A program made the translations under genes and the position numbers. DNA of 64,000 nt from Octopus sinensis (taxonomy: Eukaryota): positions 12,627,579-12,691,578 of the forward strand of contig NC_043026.1 in NCBI RefSeq assembly GCF_006345805.1, read 5' to 3'. The notes below the pieces were generated by a model, which saw only the letters and a list, made by a program, of their open reading frames with translations, did no database searches and was not told where the DNA came from. Positions 11,346 to 23,809 of the stretch are shown one piece after another (positions within the stretch are counted from its first letter, which is position 1; each line of letters opens with the position of its first letter).

Positions 11346-11517
11346 CATATATACGACAGGCTTCTTTCAGTATCCGTCTACCAAATCTACTCACAAGGCT
11401 TTGGTCGGCCTGGGGCTATAGTAGAAGACACTTGCCCAAGATGCCAAGCAGTGGGACTGAACCCGGAACCATGTGGTTGGTTAGCAAGCTACTTACCACA
11501 CAGCCACTCCTGCGCCT
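11113..11517 (-). mobile_element. SINE family a, full length (~400 bp, tRNA-like head, internal (TA)n/(TG)n)
   Basis: A-box-like GGCTGTGTGGTAAG and B-box-like GGTTCAGTCCC. About 15 copies in the window. Confidence 0.9.
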
Positions 11518-11654
11518 GTCAAAATTAATTGAAAAGACATGAAAAACTTTAATTATTATGAATTTCCTTTAGTGTTTCAGGGGTCAACACACAACGATAT
11601 AGAAGATTGATAGACATATATGACAAGGGGCCAGGAGATATGGGGATCCGTTGT

Positions 11655-11829
11655 GGCGATCCTTCGGTATAGGTACCATAATTACCGGAAGTGGCTTTGT
11701 TTACATTTCTGAAAATAACAGAAACCCTTTTCTCCCCACCTAACCCTACCCCCCCCCCCAATATATAAAAAAAACAACCCTTTCTTGAAATGTATCCGGT
11801 ACTTCAGGTACCTATACCGAAGTTACGCC
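11655..11829. mobile_element. ~175-bp MITE with TIR GGCG(AT/TA)(C/A)CTTCGGTATAGGTAC
   Basis: Inverted termini are visible. Same family as the array at 33570-34490 and the partial copy at 38709. Confidence 0.75.
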
Positions 11830-12086
11830 CACTTCCCTTTTTCTCTTGGCTTTATTGAGAGAGATTGTGACCCAATGGACCATGGCAGGTACATATAGTA
11901 AATATAATAAAGCAGAGACCTGGCAGAATTGTTAGCACGCCGGGTGAAATGCGTAGCCGTATTTCGTCTGCCGCTACGCTCTGAGTTCAAATTCCACCAA
12001 GGTCGACTTTGCCTTTCATCCTTTCGGGGTCGATTAAATAATTACCAGTTGGTTAAGAGATGCAATGAATTTTGAGAATGACAGAG

Positions 12087-12782
12087 TCAGACTTTTGTAT
12101 GAATAGACAAATGGTTAGTTAAGCTACACTTTTGAGAGAATGATTTGTCACAAATATTACAGCGAAATGGCTTCTCCCCCGTATGAATACGTTTGTGTTT
12201 AGTCAAGTGATAGCTTTGCGAGAATGATTTACCACAGAAGTCACAGTGATATGGTTTCTCTCCTGTATGAGTACGTTTGTGTTTAGTCAAGTGATAGCTT
12301 TGAAAGAACGAATTACCACAAATGTCACAGTCAAATGACTTCTCTCCTGTATGAATACGTTTATGTACGGCCAAATTACTACTTGCAGTGAATGAATTAC
12401 CACAGATATCACAGCGAAATGGCTTTTCCCCTGTATGAACACGCTTGTGCACTGTTAAGGCAGTTCCCTGAGAGAATGATTGACCACAGATGTCACAGCT
12501 GTAAGGCTTCTCCCCTGTGTGAACGCGTTTGTGTACAGTTAAGGCAATTGCTTGAGAGAATGATTTTCCACAGACATCACAATGAAATGGCTTCTCTCCT
12601 GTATGAATACGTTTGTGTACAGTTAAGGCAATTAACTGATTGAATGATTTACCACAAATATCACAGTGAAATGGCTTCTCTCCTGTATGAATACGCCTGT
12701 GAGTAGTTAGACTACATTTCTGATTGAAAGTCTGTTTACAGATATCACACTGAAAAGCTGATTGTGGTTTCTCTTGTGACAT
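12087..12782 (-). CDS. C2H2 zinc-finger protein A3, 231 aa, 8 fingers
   Basis: Intact [12 protein letters not shown]...HLSIHTKV. Confidence 0.95.
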   Translation of the reverse strand: MSQEKPQSAFQCDICKQTFNQKCSLTTHRRIHTGEKPFHCDICGKSFNQLIALTVHKRIHTGEKPFHCDVCGKSFSQAIALTVHKRVHTGEKPYSCDICGQSFSQGTALTVHKRVHTGEKPFRCDICGNSFTASSNLAVHKRIHTGEKSFDCDICGNSFFQSYHLTKHKRTHTGEKPYHCDFCGKSFSQSYHLTKHKRIHTGEKPFRCNICDKSFSQKCSLTNHLSIHTKV

Positions 12783-12884
12783 CTCTTGAGCATAAAATTA
12801 TATTCTTCAACTCCCTTATATAATCAGTTTGTCCCTTATCTTACTTCAATCACCACAAAACATATTGCTACTGTTCTCTTTCCA

Positions 12885-13163
12885 TCAACTGTAATCCTTC
12901 TTGATGTCTGAAAATACTCTGAGATTCCTTTGAAAATTATCCAAGTTTAATTTCAGTAGAAAATAATCTTGTAGACATTCCAAACATTTCACAAGAGAAA
13001 TGTTGCTATCAATCTCAGTTGAGAAGAAATATTTCACTGGAATTCTTTGGAGTTCTTCAATCTGTTCTGTATAACATTTTCTTTCAGTTTTCAAAAAGTG
13101 ATGAATATTGACGATGTTCTCTGATGGAAACAATGCTTTGATGCCAATGTCATGTGATAGTCT
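12885..13163 (-). other. Type-A leader uORF of A3. With exon 1 (ATG CGA CGA ACG, 13852-13841) it gives a 96-aa AUG-initiated ORF
   Basis: Phase-0 junction between donor 13840 and acceptor 13164. Confidence 0.5.
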
Positions 13164-13282
13164 CTGAAATAAAAGAGAGAAACAACAGTGTCAGATACAA
13201 GAGGAGATTTCGAAAAAGACAGATTCAAAACAGTGGCTCACTACTAACACCAACATCACCACTATGTAGGTTATGGAATACC

Positions 13283-13502
13283 TATTTCTTTACTACCCTC
13301 AAGGGGCTAAACATAGAGAGGACAAACAAGGACAGACAAACGGATTAAGTCGATTACATCGACCCCAGTGCGTAACTGGTACTTAATTTATCGACCCCGA
13401 AAGGATGAAAGGCAAAGTCAACCTCGGCGGAATTGGAACTCAGAACGTAACGACAGACGAAATACCACTAAGCATTTCGCCCGGCGCGCTAACGTTTCTG
13501 CC
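13283..13502 (-). mobile_element. SINE family b in intron 1 of A3
   Basis: GGCAGAAACGTTAGC head, GCCTTTCATCCTTTCGGGGTCGATAAA core, AAGAAATA tail. Confidence 0.9.
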
Positions 13503-13834
13503 TTATGTATACATACCTATAGCGCTAGTGTCAGAACAACACGAATTTGACATTTAGGGCAGTAAAAGCGATAATAACTGGTATATAAATTAGTCTGCCT
13601 CGTTATATCGTTTCAGATTGCGTCTTTTCGAAAATATCAGTATTTCACTTTGGACGTATTATCCCGTGGTTAAAAGTCAGTAAAACTACGACTGGCAGAA
13701 GCAAACATCTTTCGTTCTCAAATTGTTGTTTTTACTTCTATAGAATCATTGAATCGCTGAAGGGTTCCACATAATAACAATTCTATTATTTACACACATT
13801 ATTGCAGATTTATTGTTTAAATAAATCTTTATAA

Positions 13835-13990
13835 ACTCACCGTTCGTCGCATGGAATCGGTCAGTGCCCCGATCAGAGTTTAGACCGAAGTCGCTCAGGG
13901 CTGAACGTTGTAGTCGTCATGAAGTTGTTCCCCTTGATATGTTATGTATTTCCTTCATTCCCCGCGAGAGGGAGAAACACGTTTGCTAAT
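13835..13990 (-). promoter_or_regulatory. Core promoter, first exon and donor (GTGAGT) of A3
   Basis: Conserved block GTTTCTCCCTCT...GGAAATACA...GGGGAACAACTT shared with the other type-A loci. Confidence 0.7.
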
Positions 13991-14080
13991 TAAAACTTGT
14001 TAAAAACACTAATTAAAAGTGAAAAAGTTTCTTAAAAAATAGCACGTAAACGAAAAATCATATAAATACGTGTAAATATG

Positions 14081-14484
14081 GGATCTTTTCCGTTTGACCG
14101 GCAGTTTTTTAAAATAATTTCCACGTAACTAAACACTTTTAAAACTTCGTATACTGGTAGAATGTGTCAAAATAAAACATCTTTTTCTCTTGGCTTTATT
14201 GAGAAAATTCTATAGTTTGTAAAATATTTGTTGTTTCTTTCTTCAATTTCTGCAATTTCAACCAATCAATGACGTCTATTGAGGTAAAAAACATCCTGTG
14301 TCGTATGAATATGTCCCTCGTTTAAGAATCAGATTGGGTTTATTTACATTTGTGGACAAAAAAATACCCTTCCCCTCACCCTAAAACAGATTGAAATGCA
14401 ATAGATCGATACTAGGGTCGTAATTATGGGTGACAATTTCATATGACACCGCTAGAAAAACTGCCGTTCAAACCGAAAAGATCC
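14081..14484. mobile_element. GGATC-TIR MITE between the divergent A3 and A4 promoters
   Basis: Both TIRs are intact. Orientation is opposite to 484-914. Confidence 0.85.
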
Positions 14485-14779
14485 ATAAGAAATAAGTGGA
14501 AATTTTACCGGTGTGTGTGTTAAATAATAAGGCACAAAAAGAAAATGACTCTCCCCAGACACAACAGAATATTCTTCTACACACGAACTCATATAAACCA
14601 AATCCAAAAACGAAATATTCGTAAGATTATAGGTTTGTATATAAACCATGGTTTATAATAAGAAAAATTGCAACAGGATTTTTCCATATAAATAATTTCG
14701 TATTTACACTATTTATGTAATTTTTCGTATTATATAGCTTTTCATTATTAATTAGTGCTTTTGATAAATTTTAATTAGC

Positions 14780-14933
14780 AACCCTGTTTCTCCCTCTCGC
14801 GGGGAACGAAGGAAATACATGAGATATAAAGGGGAACAACTTCATAGCGAGTACGTCATTTAACGACTTCGATTATAATTGCTAATCGGGCACCGACCGA
14901 CTGATTGATTGCATGTGACGACGAATGGTAAGT
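14780..14933 (+). promoter_or_regulatory. Core promoter (TATAAA at ~14826), first exon ending in ATG (14925-14927) and donor of A4
   Basis: Conserved type-A block followed by GTAAGT. Confidence 0.7.
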
Positions 14934-15868
14934 CGACAAAGATTTACTTGAATAATAATAATAAATGTGTGTAAATGATAGAATTCTTATTATGTGAACC
15001 CGTCAACGATAAGTAATTCTATACAAAATACATAACAACATCAGAACAAAGATATTTTTTCTTGCAAAAGTCGTCGTTTTTCTGTCTTTTACCGACAGGA
15101 CTATAATTCCGAACTGGAATTTTGATCGGTTATTTTCGAAAAGACGCAATTCGTTGTTGGGGCTAATGCAGTTTCGCACCTCTCCTTGTGGAATGCAATT
15201 TTCTGAAAAAAAAAAAATTTTTTTTCGGATTCCTACGTTTTAGGTATCGGATATTACGAATGTACAAAAAAAAAAAATTTATTTCACCCTCCCCCAATTT
15301 AAATTTTCGATTTTGTTTACTTTAAAGAGATCGTAGCGAATTGACGAACATATGCAAATCGAAATGAAATACAGCCAAAAACATTAAAGTGAAAAGGATT
15401 AGCGTTTTATTTGTGTTTGCCTTAAATAATCGTAAATAATAATTTAATGTAAATCGAATACGCACCCTTTTATGAGAAACAAACATTAATGTTCAATAAT
15501 TAATGTTAGAAACTTTAATAAGGGGCTCAAATTTCAGCCCCTCAATTTTAAATTTTGAACTTTTTCATCCATTTATTTATCTATTTATCTATTCTTTTCA
15601 GTTTATTCCTAAAATATATTTGTCAACTAAATGTGGCGGTCCATAAGAAGACGGTGTTACTGTTGTTTTTAGCCCCAAGAAGACATTCACATCTATCAAT
15701 CTCTTTATACACATATCTATATATATGCTTTCCATGCTAGCATGGGCTGGACGGTTTGACAGTGGGCTGGCGAACCAGATGGCTGCATCAGGCTCCAGTC
15801 TTGATCTGGAAGAGTTTTTGCAGCTGGATGCCCTTCCTAACGCCAACCACTCAAAGAGTGTATAATAT

Positions 15869-16300
15869 ATTTCATTTCATTTCATTTGAGTTTGAGTCCA
15901 TGCTCAGGCCAAGTCGAAGACTCCACCCTCAAAGTCTGGTGTGGTTGCCAGGTTGTATTCTCTGTTTAATTTTGACATGTGTGGGAGCGAGTTTGAGTCA
16001 GTTTGTGCTCGTTGTGTATATCCTGGGAGATGGGGTTCATCTCTAATGGTGCTTAAGTATCTATCCAGCTGCAATTTGAATGATTCCACACTGCATCCTG
16101 ATAGATTTCTGACATGTACCGGAATGGAGTTGAATAGTTGTGCTCCTCGAACCAACAGACTTGACTCTCGCAGGGTTTTTGCTGCCTGGCCAGCCTTTTT
16201 GTTGATTGGTGGTAGCTGGCAGCGTCTTCCGTGGCGCAGTGAGTGGTAGGTTTTGATACCAAAGTTTGGCACCTTTTGCTCTATCATTTTCCAAATGTAT
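15869..16300 (-). mobile_element. CR1-clade LINE ORF2 C-terminus with (AAATG)n tail (second family)
   Basis: VRGAQLFNSIPVHVRN...FKLQLDRYLSTIRDEP...GY...SNSL is a CR1-like C-terminal motif, followed by a tandem tail. Confidence 0.8.
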
Positions 16301-16896
16301 ATAATTCGGTATCGTTCAAATCTTCTTTCTATATATATATATATATATATATTTATTTATTTATTTATATTTACACCGACACATACATATGTACACACAC
16401 ATGTTTTGAGAGGCTCAATCTTTAAAATCCCATTGGTATTCCACAACCAACATAGTGGTGATGTTGGCTTTAGTACTGATCTATTGTTTTTAATCTCTCT
16501 TTTTCGAAATGCCCTCTTATATCTGACACTGTTGTTTCTCTCTTTTATTTCAGAGACTATCACTGGACATTGGCACCAAAGCATTGTTTCCATCAGAGAA
16601 CATCGTCAATATTCATCACCTTTTCAAGACTGAAAGAAAATGTTGTACAGAACAGATTGAAGAACTCCAAAGAATTCCAGTGAAATATTTCTTCTCAACT
16701 GAGATTGGTAGCAACATTTCTCTTCAGATAACAAAAAGGATTACAGTTGATGAAAACAGAGCAGTAGAAATATTTACTAGGAACAAGCTGTCGGGGAATA
16801 ACAAAAACTGTATCCACGTGTGTTGTGGTGATTGAAGTAAGATAAGGGACAAACATTATTAAAAATAATTGAAGAATATATGTTTATTCTGAAGAG

Positions 16897-17757
16897 ATGT
16901 CACAAGAGAAACCACAATTATATCATTGTGACATCTGTAAAAAGACTTTCAGTCATAAATGTAATCTAACCACTCACAGGCGTATTCATACAGGAGAGAA
17001 GCCATTTCACTGTGATAGCTGTGGTAAATCATTCTCTACAAGCAGCTATTTAACTACTCATAATCGTATTCATACAGGAGAGAAGCCATTTCATTGTAAT
17101 ATCTGTGGCAAATTATTCACTGCACGCAATGACTTAACTAAACACAGACGCATTCATACAGGAGAGAAGCCATTTTTCTGTGATATCTGTGGGAGATCAT
17201 TCTCCAGAAATAGCAGTTTAACAACTCACAAACGTATTCACACAGGGAAGAAGCCGTTTCACTGTGATGTTTGTGGTAAATCATTCGCTGCGAACAATAG
17301 GTTAACAAAACACAAGTTTCTTCATACAGGAGAAAAGCCCTTTCACTGTAATATCTGTGATAAATTATTCACTACAAGTACTGATTTAACTCAACACGTA
17401 CGTATCCATACAGGAGAGAAGCCCTTTCACTGTAATATCTGTGGTAAATTTCTCAGTACAAGCAGTTCTTTGACAGAACACATACGAATTCATACAGGGG
17501 AGAAGCCCTTTCGCTGTAATATCTGTGGTAAAAAATTCTCCGCAAGCAGTTCTTTAACTAAGCACAGACACATTCATACAGGGAAGAAGCCGTTTTGCTG
17601 TGATATCTGTGGTAAATCATTCTCTTACTATAGTATCTTAACTGTTCATGAACGTATTCACACAGGGGAGAAGCCATATCACTGTGATATCTGCGGTGAA
17701 TCATTCTCTCTAAACAAAAGTTTAACTAGACATATATCTGTTCATAAAAAAGTGTGA
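16897..17757 (+). CDS. C2H2 zinc-finger protein A4, 286 aa, 10 fingers
   Basis: Intact ORF. Its leader exon starts at 16554 and carries an internal deletion relative to the other type-A copies. Confidence 0.95.
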   Translation: MSQEKPQLYHCDICKKTFSHKCNLTTHRRIHTGEKPFHCDSCGKSFSTSSYLTTHNRIHTGEKPFHCNICGKLFTARNDLTKHRRIHTGEKPFFCDICGRSFSRNSSLTTHKRIHTGKKPFHCDVCGKSFAANNRLTKHKFLHTGEKPFHCNICDKLFTTSTDLTQHVRIHTGEKPFHCNICGKFLSTSSSLTEHIRIHTGEKPFRCNICGKKFSASSSLTKHRHIHTGKKPFCCDICGKSFSYYSILTVHERIHTGEKPYHCDICGESFSLNKSLTRHISVHKKV

Positions 17758-17883
17758 TTATGTCATAATCAAAATTCTTTGCATCTCTTAACAACCAATT
17801 ATTAGGGGCAGCAGAATGGTTGGCCCAATTTCAGGGGTTAATAAAAAACGAACACATGAAGATGTATGAAAAAACTTTGTATT

Positions 17884-18245
17884 TCTTATTTCTTTATTGC
17901 CCACAAGGGGCTAAATATAGAGGGGACAAACAAAGGGATTAAGTCGATTACATTGACCCCAGTGTGTAACTGGTACTTAATTTATCAACTCAGAACATAG
18001 CGGCAGACGAAATACCTATTTCTATTTCTTTACTACCCACAAGGGGCTAAATACAGAGGGGACAAGCAAGGACAGACAAACGGATCAAGTCGATTATATC
18101 GACCCCAGTGCGTAACTGGTACTTAATTTATCGACTCCGAAGGGATAAAAGGCAAAATCGACCTTGGTGGAATTTGAACTCAGAACGTAACGGCAGACGA
18201 AATATAGCTAAGTGTTTCGCCCGGCGTGCTAACGATTCTGCCAGC
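17884..18245 (-). mobile_element. SINE family b tandem pair
   Basis: Two head-to-tail copies joined at GAAATACC|TATTTC. Confidence 0.85.
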
Positions 18246-18366
18246 TTTGTATTTCTATGAAGTTCATTGACTCACAGTGGCATTTAATGTAACCTTGAAA
18301 TCAGGGCAGCCTTCCTGCGGCACCCTATATCTAACATGTTTTCCTGATAAATCACTAGGTACTCCT

Positions 18367-18720
18367 GTGGTTAGGGCAGCGGACTCGCGGTTTCGATTCC
18401 CAGACCGGGCGTTGTGAGTGTTTATTGAGCGAAAACACCTAAAAGCTCCACGAGGCTCCGGCAGGGGATGGTGGTGATCCCTGCTGTACTCTTTCACCAC
18501 AACTTTCTCTCACTCTTACTTCCTGTTTCTGTTGTACCTGTACTTCAAAGGGCCGGCCTTGTCACTCTCTGTGTCACGCTGAATATCCCCAAGAACTACG
18601 TTAAGGGTACACGTGTCTGTGGAGTGCTCAGCCACTTACACGTTAATTTCACGAGCAGGCTGTTCCGTTGATTCGGATCAACTGGAACCCTCGTCGTCGT
18701 AACCGACGGAGTGCTTCCAT
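18367..18720 (+). mobile_element. SINE family c, long-tail form (other copies 21818-22201 minus, 46124-46493 plus)
   Basis: tRNA-like head GTGGTTAGGGCAGCGGACTCGCGG..TTCGATTCCC, tail ending GACGGAGTGCTTCC. Confidence 0.9.
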
Positions 18721-18952
18721 CCAATCTGTGAAGCCTTTACTTTAATCATACTCCTCATGGTTCTATTTTTGAGGTACTGTTTTCTGATCACATTCTCTGT
18801 TTGTAGTCTCTTAAAACAGACACAGATATGGTCTGTTTATATCCAGTTTTAGTCTAGTTTATATTGTCAAAAATGATTCTTAAAGGCTTTGTCTTATGAA
18901 ACCATGAATAAAATTATCTTGTAAGCCATGAATTTATTCACATTCTCTCTCA

Positions 18953-19335
18953 TTTACTTGTTTCAGTCATTTGACTGCGGCCATGCTGGAGCACCGCCTT
19001 TAGTCGAGCAAATCAACCCCGGGACTTATTCTTTTGTAAGCCCAGTACTTATTCTATCGGTCTCTTTTGCCGAACCGCTAAGTAACGGGGACGTAAACAC
19101 ACCAGCATCGGTTGTCAAGCAATGCTAGGGGGACAAACACAGACACACAAACATATATTTATACATATATACGACGGGCTTCTTTCAGTTTCCGTCTACC
19201 AAGTCCACTCACAAGGCATTGGTCGGCCTGGGGCTATAGCAGAAGACACTTGCCCAAGATGCCACGCAGTGGGACTGAACCCGGAACCATGTGGTTGGTT
19301 AGCAAGCTACTCACCACACAGCCACTCCTGCGCCT
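18953..19335 (-). mobile_element. SINE family a
   Basis: Full-length match to the family. Confidence 0.9.
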
Positions 19336-19411
19336 ATGTGACTAAAGATGTAGCATCATAGAAGAGCATACACCCAACTCTCTCCATATATATATATGTG
19401 TGTGTGTGTGT

Positions 19412-19710
19412 GGAGGTGCAATGGCCCAGTGGTTAGGGCAGCGGACTTGCGGTCATAGAATCACGGTTTCGGTTCCCAGACTGGGCGTTGTGAGTGTTTA
19501 TTGAGTGAAAACACCTAAAGCTCCATGAGGCTCCGGTAGGGGATGGTGGTGATCCCTGCTGTACTCTTTCACCACAACTTTCTCTCTTTCTTCTGTCGGT
19601 CTGCTCGCTTAGCCAACGGGGTGGCGTCATTTAAAGGCTAAAAAAACAAAGCGAAGCACATTGTGACCAGCGATGTGTAGCAACATCAGATAGCCTGGTC
19701 GGTCACATGA
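19412..19710 (+). mobile_element. SINE family c, alternative-tail form (also 46827-47136 minus and tail-only 47618-47730)
   Basis: Same head as 18367 but a different 3' half ending GATAGCCTGGTCGGTCAC. Confidence 0.85.
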
Positions 19711-19896
19711 TATATATATATATATATGGAATCCACAACTGGGGAGATAGCTTAGCACTGAGGTTTTTTTTATAAAATCTTCCTTTCAGAATATTTATTA
19801 GTAGGCTGCGTAATAAAGGAATTTGATTTTCAATCACACAGTTTGCAGTTCAATCCCATTCCATAGCACAGTGAAAAGTGTCATCTTGTATACCTG

Positions 19897-20581
19897 TATA
19901 ATAGAGAAACAATTCTTAACCCTTTTGATACCAACCCGGCGGAAACCATCTCTGGCTCTGAGTACAAATGTCTTGTTTTCATAAGTTTTGAATTAAAATC
20001 TTCCACCAGACCTTAGTCACAATTTGTGTTCCTAACACTAGCTTAATGATAACTAGGTTATTTTACTAAATTGTTTGTTATATTTAAAGGAATTGAAAGA
20101 AACACAGAGCATCTCAGCAGAAATATGGTAACAAAAGGGTTAAAATATATAATAGAGAAACAATTCTTAACCCTTTTGATACCAACCCGGCGGAAACCAC
20201 CTCTGGCTCTGAGTACAAATGTCTTGTTTTCATAAGTTTTGAATTAAAATCTTCCACCAAACCTTAGTCACAACTTATGTTCCTAACACTAGCTTAATGA
20301 TAACTAAGTTATTTTACTAAATTGTTTGTTATATTTAAAGGAATTGAAAGAAACACAGAGCATCTCAGCAGAAATATGGTAACAAAAGGGTTAAGATATA
20401 TAATAGAGAAATAATTCTTAACCCTTTTGATACCAACCTGGCGGAAACTGGCTCTTTACTACAAATGTCTTGTTTTCATTAGTTTTTAATTAAAATCTTC
20501 CACCAAACCTTAGTCACAATTTATGTTCCTAACACTAGCTTAATGATAACTAAGTTATTTTACTAAATTCTTTGTTATATT
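19897..20581. repeat. Tandem array (period 251 bp, ~2.7 units) of a 220-bp piggyBac-like MITE plus a 23-bp spacer
   Basis: Units are TTAA-CCCTTTTGATACC...GGTAACAAAAGGG-TTAA, starting at 19920, 20171 and 20422. Confidence 0.85.
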
Positions 20582-20589
20582 TTTTCACA

Positions 20590-20790
20590 GCTTCCAAAAT
20601 CATTTGGTCAGAAAAAGCATAAATTCTGTAGATGAGATCAGAACAGGGGTGGAGGAGTATTTTTCGTCTGGGACAAGTGAATTTTGGAAGAGGGGGCCCA
20701 GCAATTCTACAAGATATATGGAAGAGCATTGTAGAAAATGAAGGGGAACCTTTTTTATTTTAATTTTGGAAAATAAAAGTATACATATCC
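20590..20790 (+). mobile_element. Mariner transposase C-terminal remnant
   Basis: EIRTGVEEYFSS..EFWKRG..WKSIVENEGE resembles the mariner C-terminus and matches 5740-5950. Confidence 0.65.
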
Positions 20791-20801
20791 ATATCATTTA
20801 C

Positions 20802-23123
20802 AGGCGCAGGAGTGGCTGTGTGGTAAGTAGCTTGCTAACCAACCACATGGTTCCGGGTTCAGTCCCACTGCGTGGCATCTTGGGCAAGTGTCTTCTACTA
20901 TAGCCTTGGTCCGACCAAAGCCTTGTGAGTGGATTTGGTAGATGGAAACTGAAAGAAGCCCATCATATATTTGTATGTATATATATATATATAAATGCAT
21001 GTGTATATATGTTTGTGTGTCTGTGTTTGTCCCCCCCCCCCAGCATCGCTTGACAACCGATGCTGGTGTATTTACGTCCCCGTTACTTAGCAGTTCGGCA
21101 AAAGAGACTGATAGAATAAGTACTGGGCTTACACAAGAATAAGTCCCGGGGTCGATTTGCTCGACTAAAGGCGGTGCTCCAGCATGGCCGCAGTCAAATG
21201 ACTGAAACAAGTAAAAGAGTAAAGAGGATGACCCTTTGTATATCTATCACTGTGATGTATTATAAAAGTTTACATCCTCCTCTCATCTCTTTTCTCTACT
21301 ACTAAAGAAAAAAATATAAGAAAACAAACAAAAAAATGTCAAATGTTTATATAGTTTAATAGCAATGCATCCTGGCGTTGCCAGGGTGTTATACTAAGTT
21401 TTTTTTTTTTAAATAAATTAATGAAAATTTAACAAAACTTCAAGTGGTTGTCAGCAATTGAACAAGGTTCTGTTACAGTCATATTTTGTAGCTTTTATTG
21501 TTTATCCATATAAATCGTTTACACATGAACATTCATCATTTTATTATTGGAAAACCTCAGTTATATCGGACAAAGGCCCCGGTCGTCCTTCTTTGGAGCA
21601 AGCACTCAAGTCCCTGCAGAGTGCAACATTTCAGCTTGAATACAACAAAAGGGTTTTTGGCATCTTTCATCCATTACTTGGAAAGTTTTGGTTGAATGAG
21701 TTGACTACAGGAATTTTTTTTTTTTAAACTTGCTATTTATTCTATCAGGTTATGGGGGACATAAACACACCGATACCGGCTGTCAAATGGTGTAGAGAAT
21801 AATTACAAACACATACATGGAAGCACTCCGTCGGTTACGACGACGAGGGTTCTGGTTGATCCGAATCAACGGAACAGCCTGCTCGTGAAATTAATGTGTA
21901 AGTGGCTGAGCACTCCACAGACACGTGTACCCTTAACGTAGTTCTTGGGGATATTCAGCATGACACAGAGAGTGACAAGGCCGGCCCTTTGAAATACAGG
22001 TACAACAGAAACAGGAAGTAAGAGTGAGAGAAAGTTGTGGTGAAAGAGTACAGCAGGGATCACCACCATCCCCTGCTGGAGCCTCGTGGAGCTTTTAGGT
22101 GTTTTCGCTCAATAAACACTCACAACGCCCGGTCTGGGAATCGAAACCGCGATCCTACGACCGCGAGTCTGCTGCCCTAACCACTGGGCTATTGCGTCTC
22201 CACAAACACATACATAGATCTACACACACACATGTATTTATACAATGGGTTCCTTTCAAGGTGGCGAACTGGCAGAAACGTTAGCACGCCGGGCGTCATG
22301 CGTGGGGTTCCATGGTTTGAGATGCCTCGAGGGTGGTAGAAGAAGCCAATTACTGACTCGAGTCAACATGCTGTCAGACACTAACCAAGGGATCAATTGG
22401 CTTAGGTCAAGACAAAACTAGACACCGACCAAGAAATCAATGATGTATATTTGATTATAGTAAAATGAAATTAATAAATATCAATGGGCGCAGGAGTGGC
22501 TGTGTGGTAAGTAGCTTGCTAACCAACCACATGGTTCCGGCTTCAGTCTCACTGCGTTGCAGCTTGGGCAAGTGTCTTCTACTATAGCCTCGGGCCGACC
22601 AAAGCCTTGTGAGTGGATTTGGTAGATGGAAACTGAAAGAAGCCCGTCGTATATATATATGCGTTTGTGTGTCTGTGTTTGTCCCCCTAGCATTGCTTGA
22701 TAACCGATGCTGGTTTGTTTATGTCCCCGTTACTTAGCGGTTCGGCAAAAAGAGACCAATAGAATAAGTACTGGGCTTACAAAAAAAGAATAAGACCCGG
22801 GGTCGAGTTGCTTGATTAAAGGCGGTGCTCCAGCATGGCTGCAGTCAAATGACTGAAACAAGTAAAAGAGTGTTAAACGGCTGTCAGCTAAGCCTTGTGG
22901 TGTTTTAGTCTGTCCTGCCATGTTGGACATTGTCTTCCCTCCAGGATCAATAAAATATATACCTTTTCACCAGCTGTGTGGTAAGTAGCTTGTTTACCAA
23001 CCACATGGTCCAGGGTTCAGTCCCACTGCATTGCACCTTGGGCAAGTGTCTTCTGCTATAGCCCCGGGCCAACCAATGCCTTGTGAGTGGATTTGGTAGA
23101 CGGAAATTGAAAGAAGCCCATCG

Positions 23124-23154
<31 letters not shown>

Positions 23155-23343
23155 TTGTCCCCCTAGCATTGTTTGACAACCGATGCTGGTGTGTTTATGT
23201 CCCCGTAACTTAGCGGTTCAGCAAGATAGGCCGATAGAATAAGTACTAGGCTTACAAAAAATAAGTCCTGGGGTCGATTCCCTCGACTAAAGGTGGTGTT
23301 CCAGCATGGCCGCAGTCAAATAGCTGAAACAAGTAAATGAGAG
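20802..23343 (+). mobile_element. Cluster of SINE-a copies (20802-21225, 22487-22871, 22973-23343) with an intervening SINE-c and a Helitron-like end (21356-21495)
   Basis: Direct similarity to family members. Confidence 0.85.
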
Positions 23344-23809
23344 GGTGAATGTTGCCACAAGTACAAGTACTCCTCCTCCTCCTCCCCTCAATATTTTATC
23401 TACACCGAAAGGACGAAATGGAAGGTTAACTTTGGCAGGATTTGAACTCGGGATGTAAAGAACGGAAAGGAATACCGTTCAGTCCAACATACGAATGATT
23501 GTATCAGCCGAGGGTTAGCTGATTAATTGGACCCCAGTACATGACTGGGACTTTGTTTTATCAATCACAACCAGCCAAAAGGTGTGGGACAGGCAGAACC
23601 AGTACAGCATCCAACAAAATACCACTAACACTGTCTTCTTTCAAATACAGTGTCGGTTCAAATCCCACTGACGTCAACATTGCCCTTGATCCTTCCCTGG
23701 GGCCAACAGCAATATATAGTGGTGATCCTTAAATTTACAATATCACTTCTCCTTTCATAGAAGCGAAGCAACTTCAGTCAAACACATCCATGAATTACCA
23801 TGTTTTAAC

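Noticed and set aside
14795-14805. TCTCGCGGGG resembling the vertebrate TCTCGCGAGA promoter palindrome
   Set aside because: Imperfect, and not kept in the A5 and A6 promoters (TCTATCGGAG, TCTCTCGGAG).
20794-21210. Recurrent small ORFs such as MFQSFDCGHAGAPP, MSSNARGTNT, MRNWYLIYRP and MVVIPAVLF
   Set aside because: These are translations of SINE consensus sequence, and their recurrence reflects repeat copy number.
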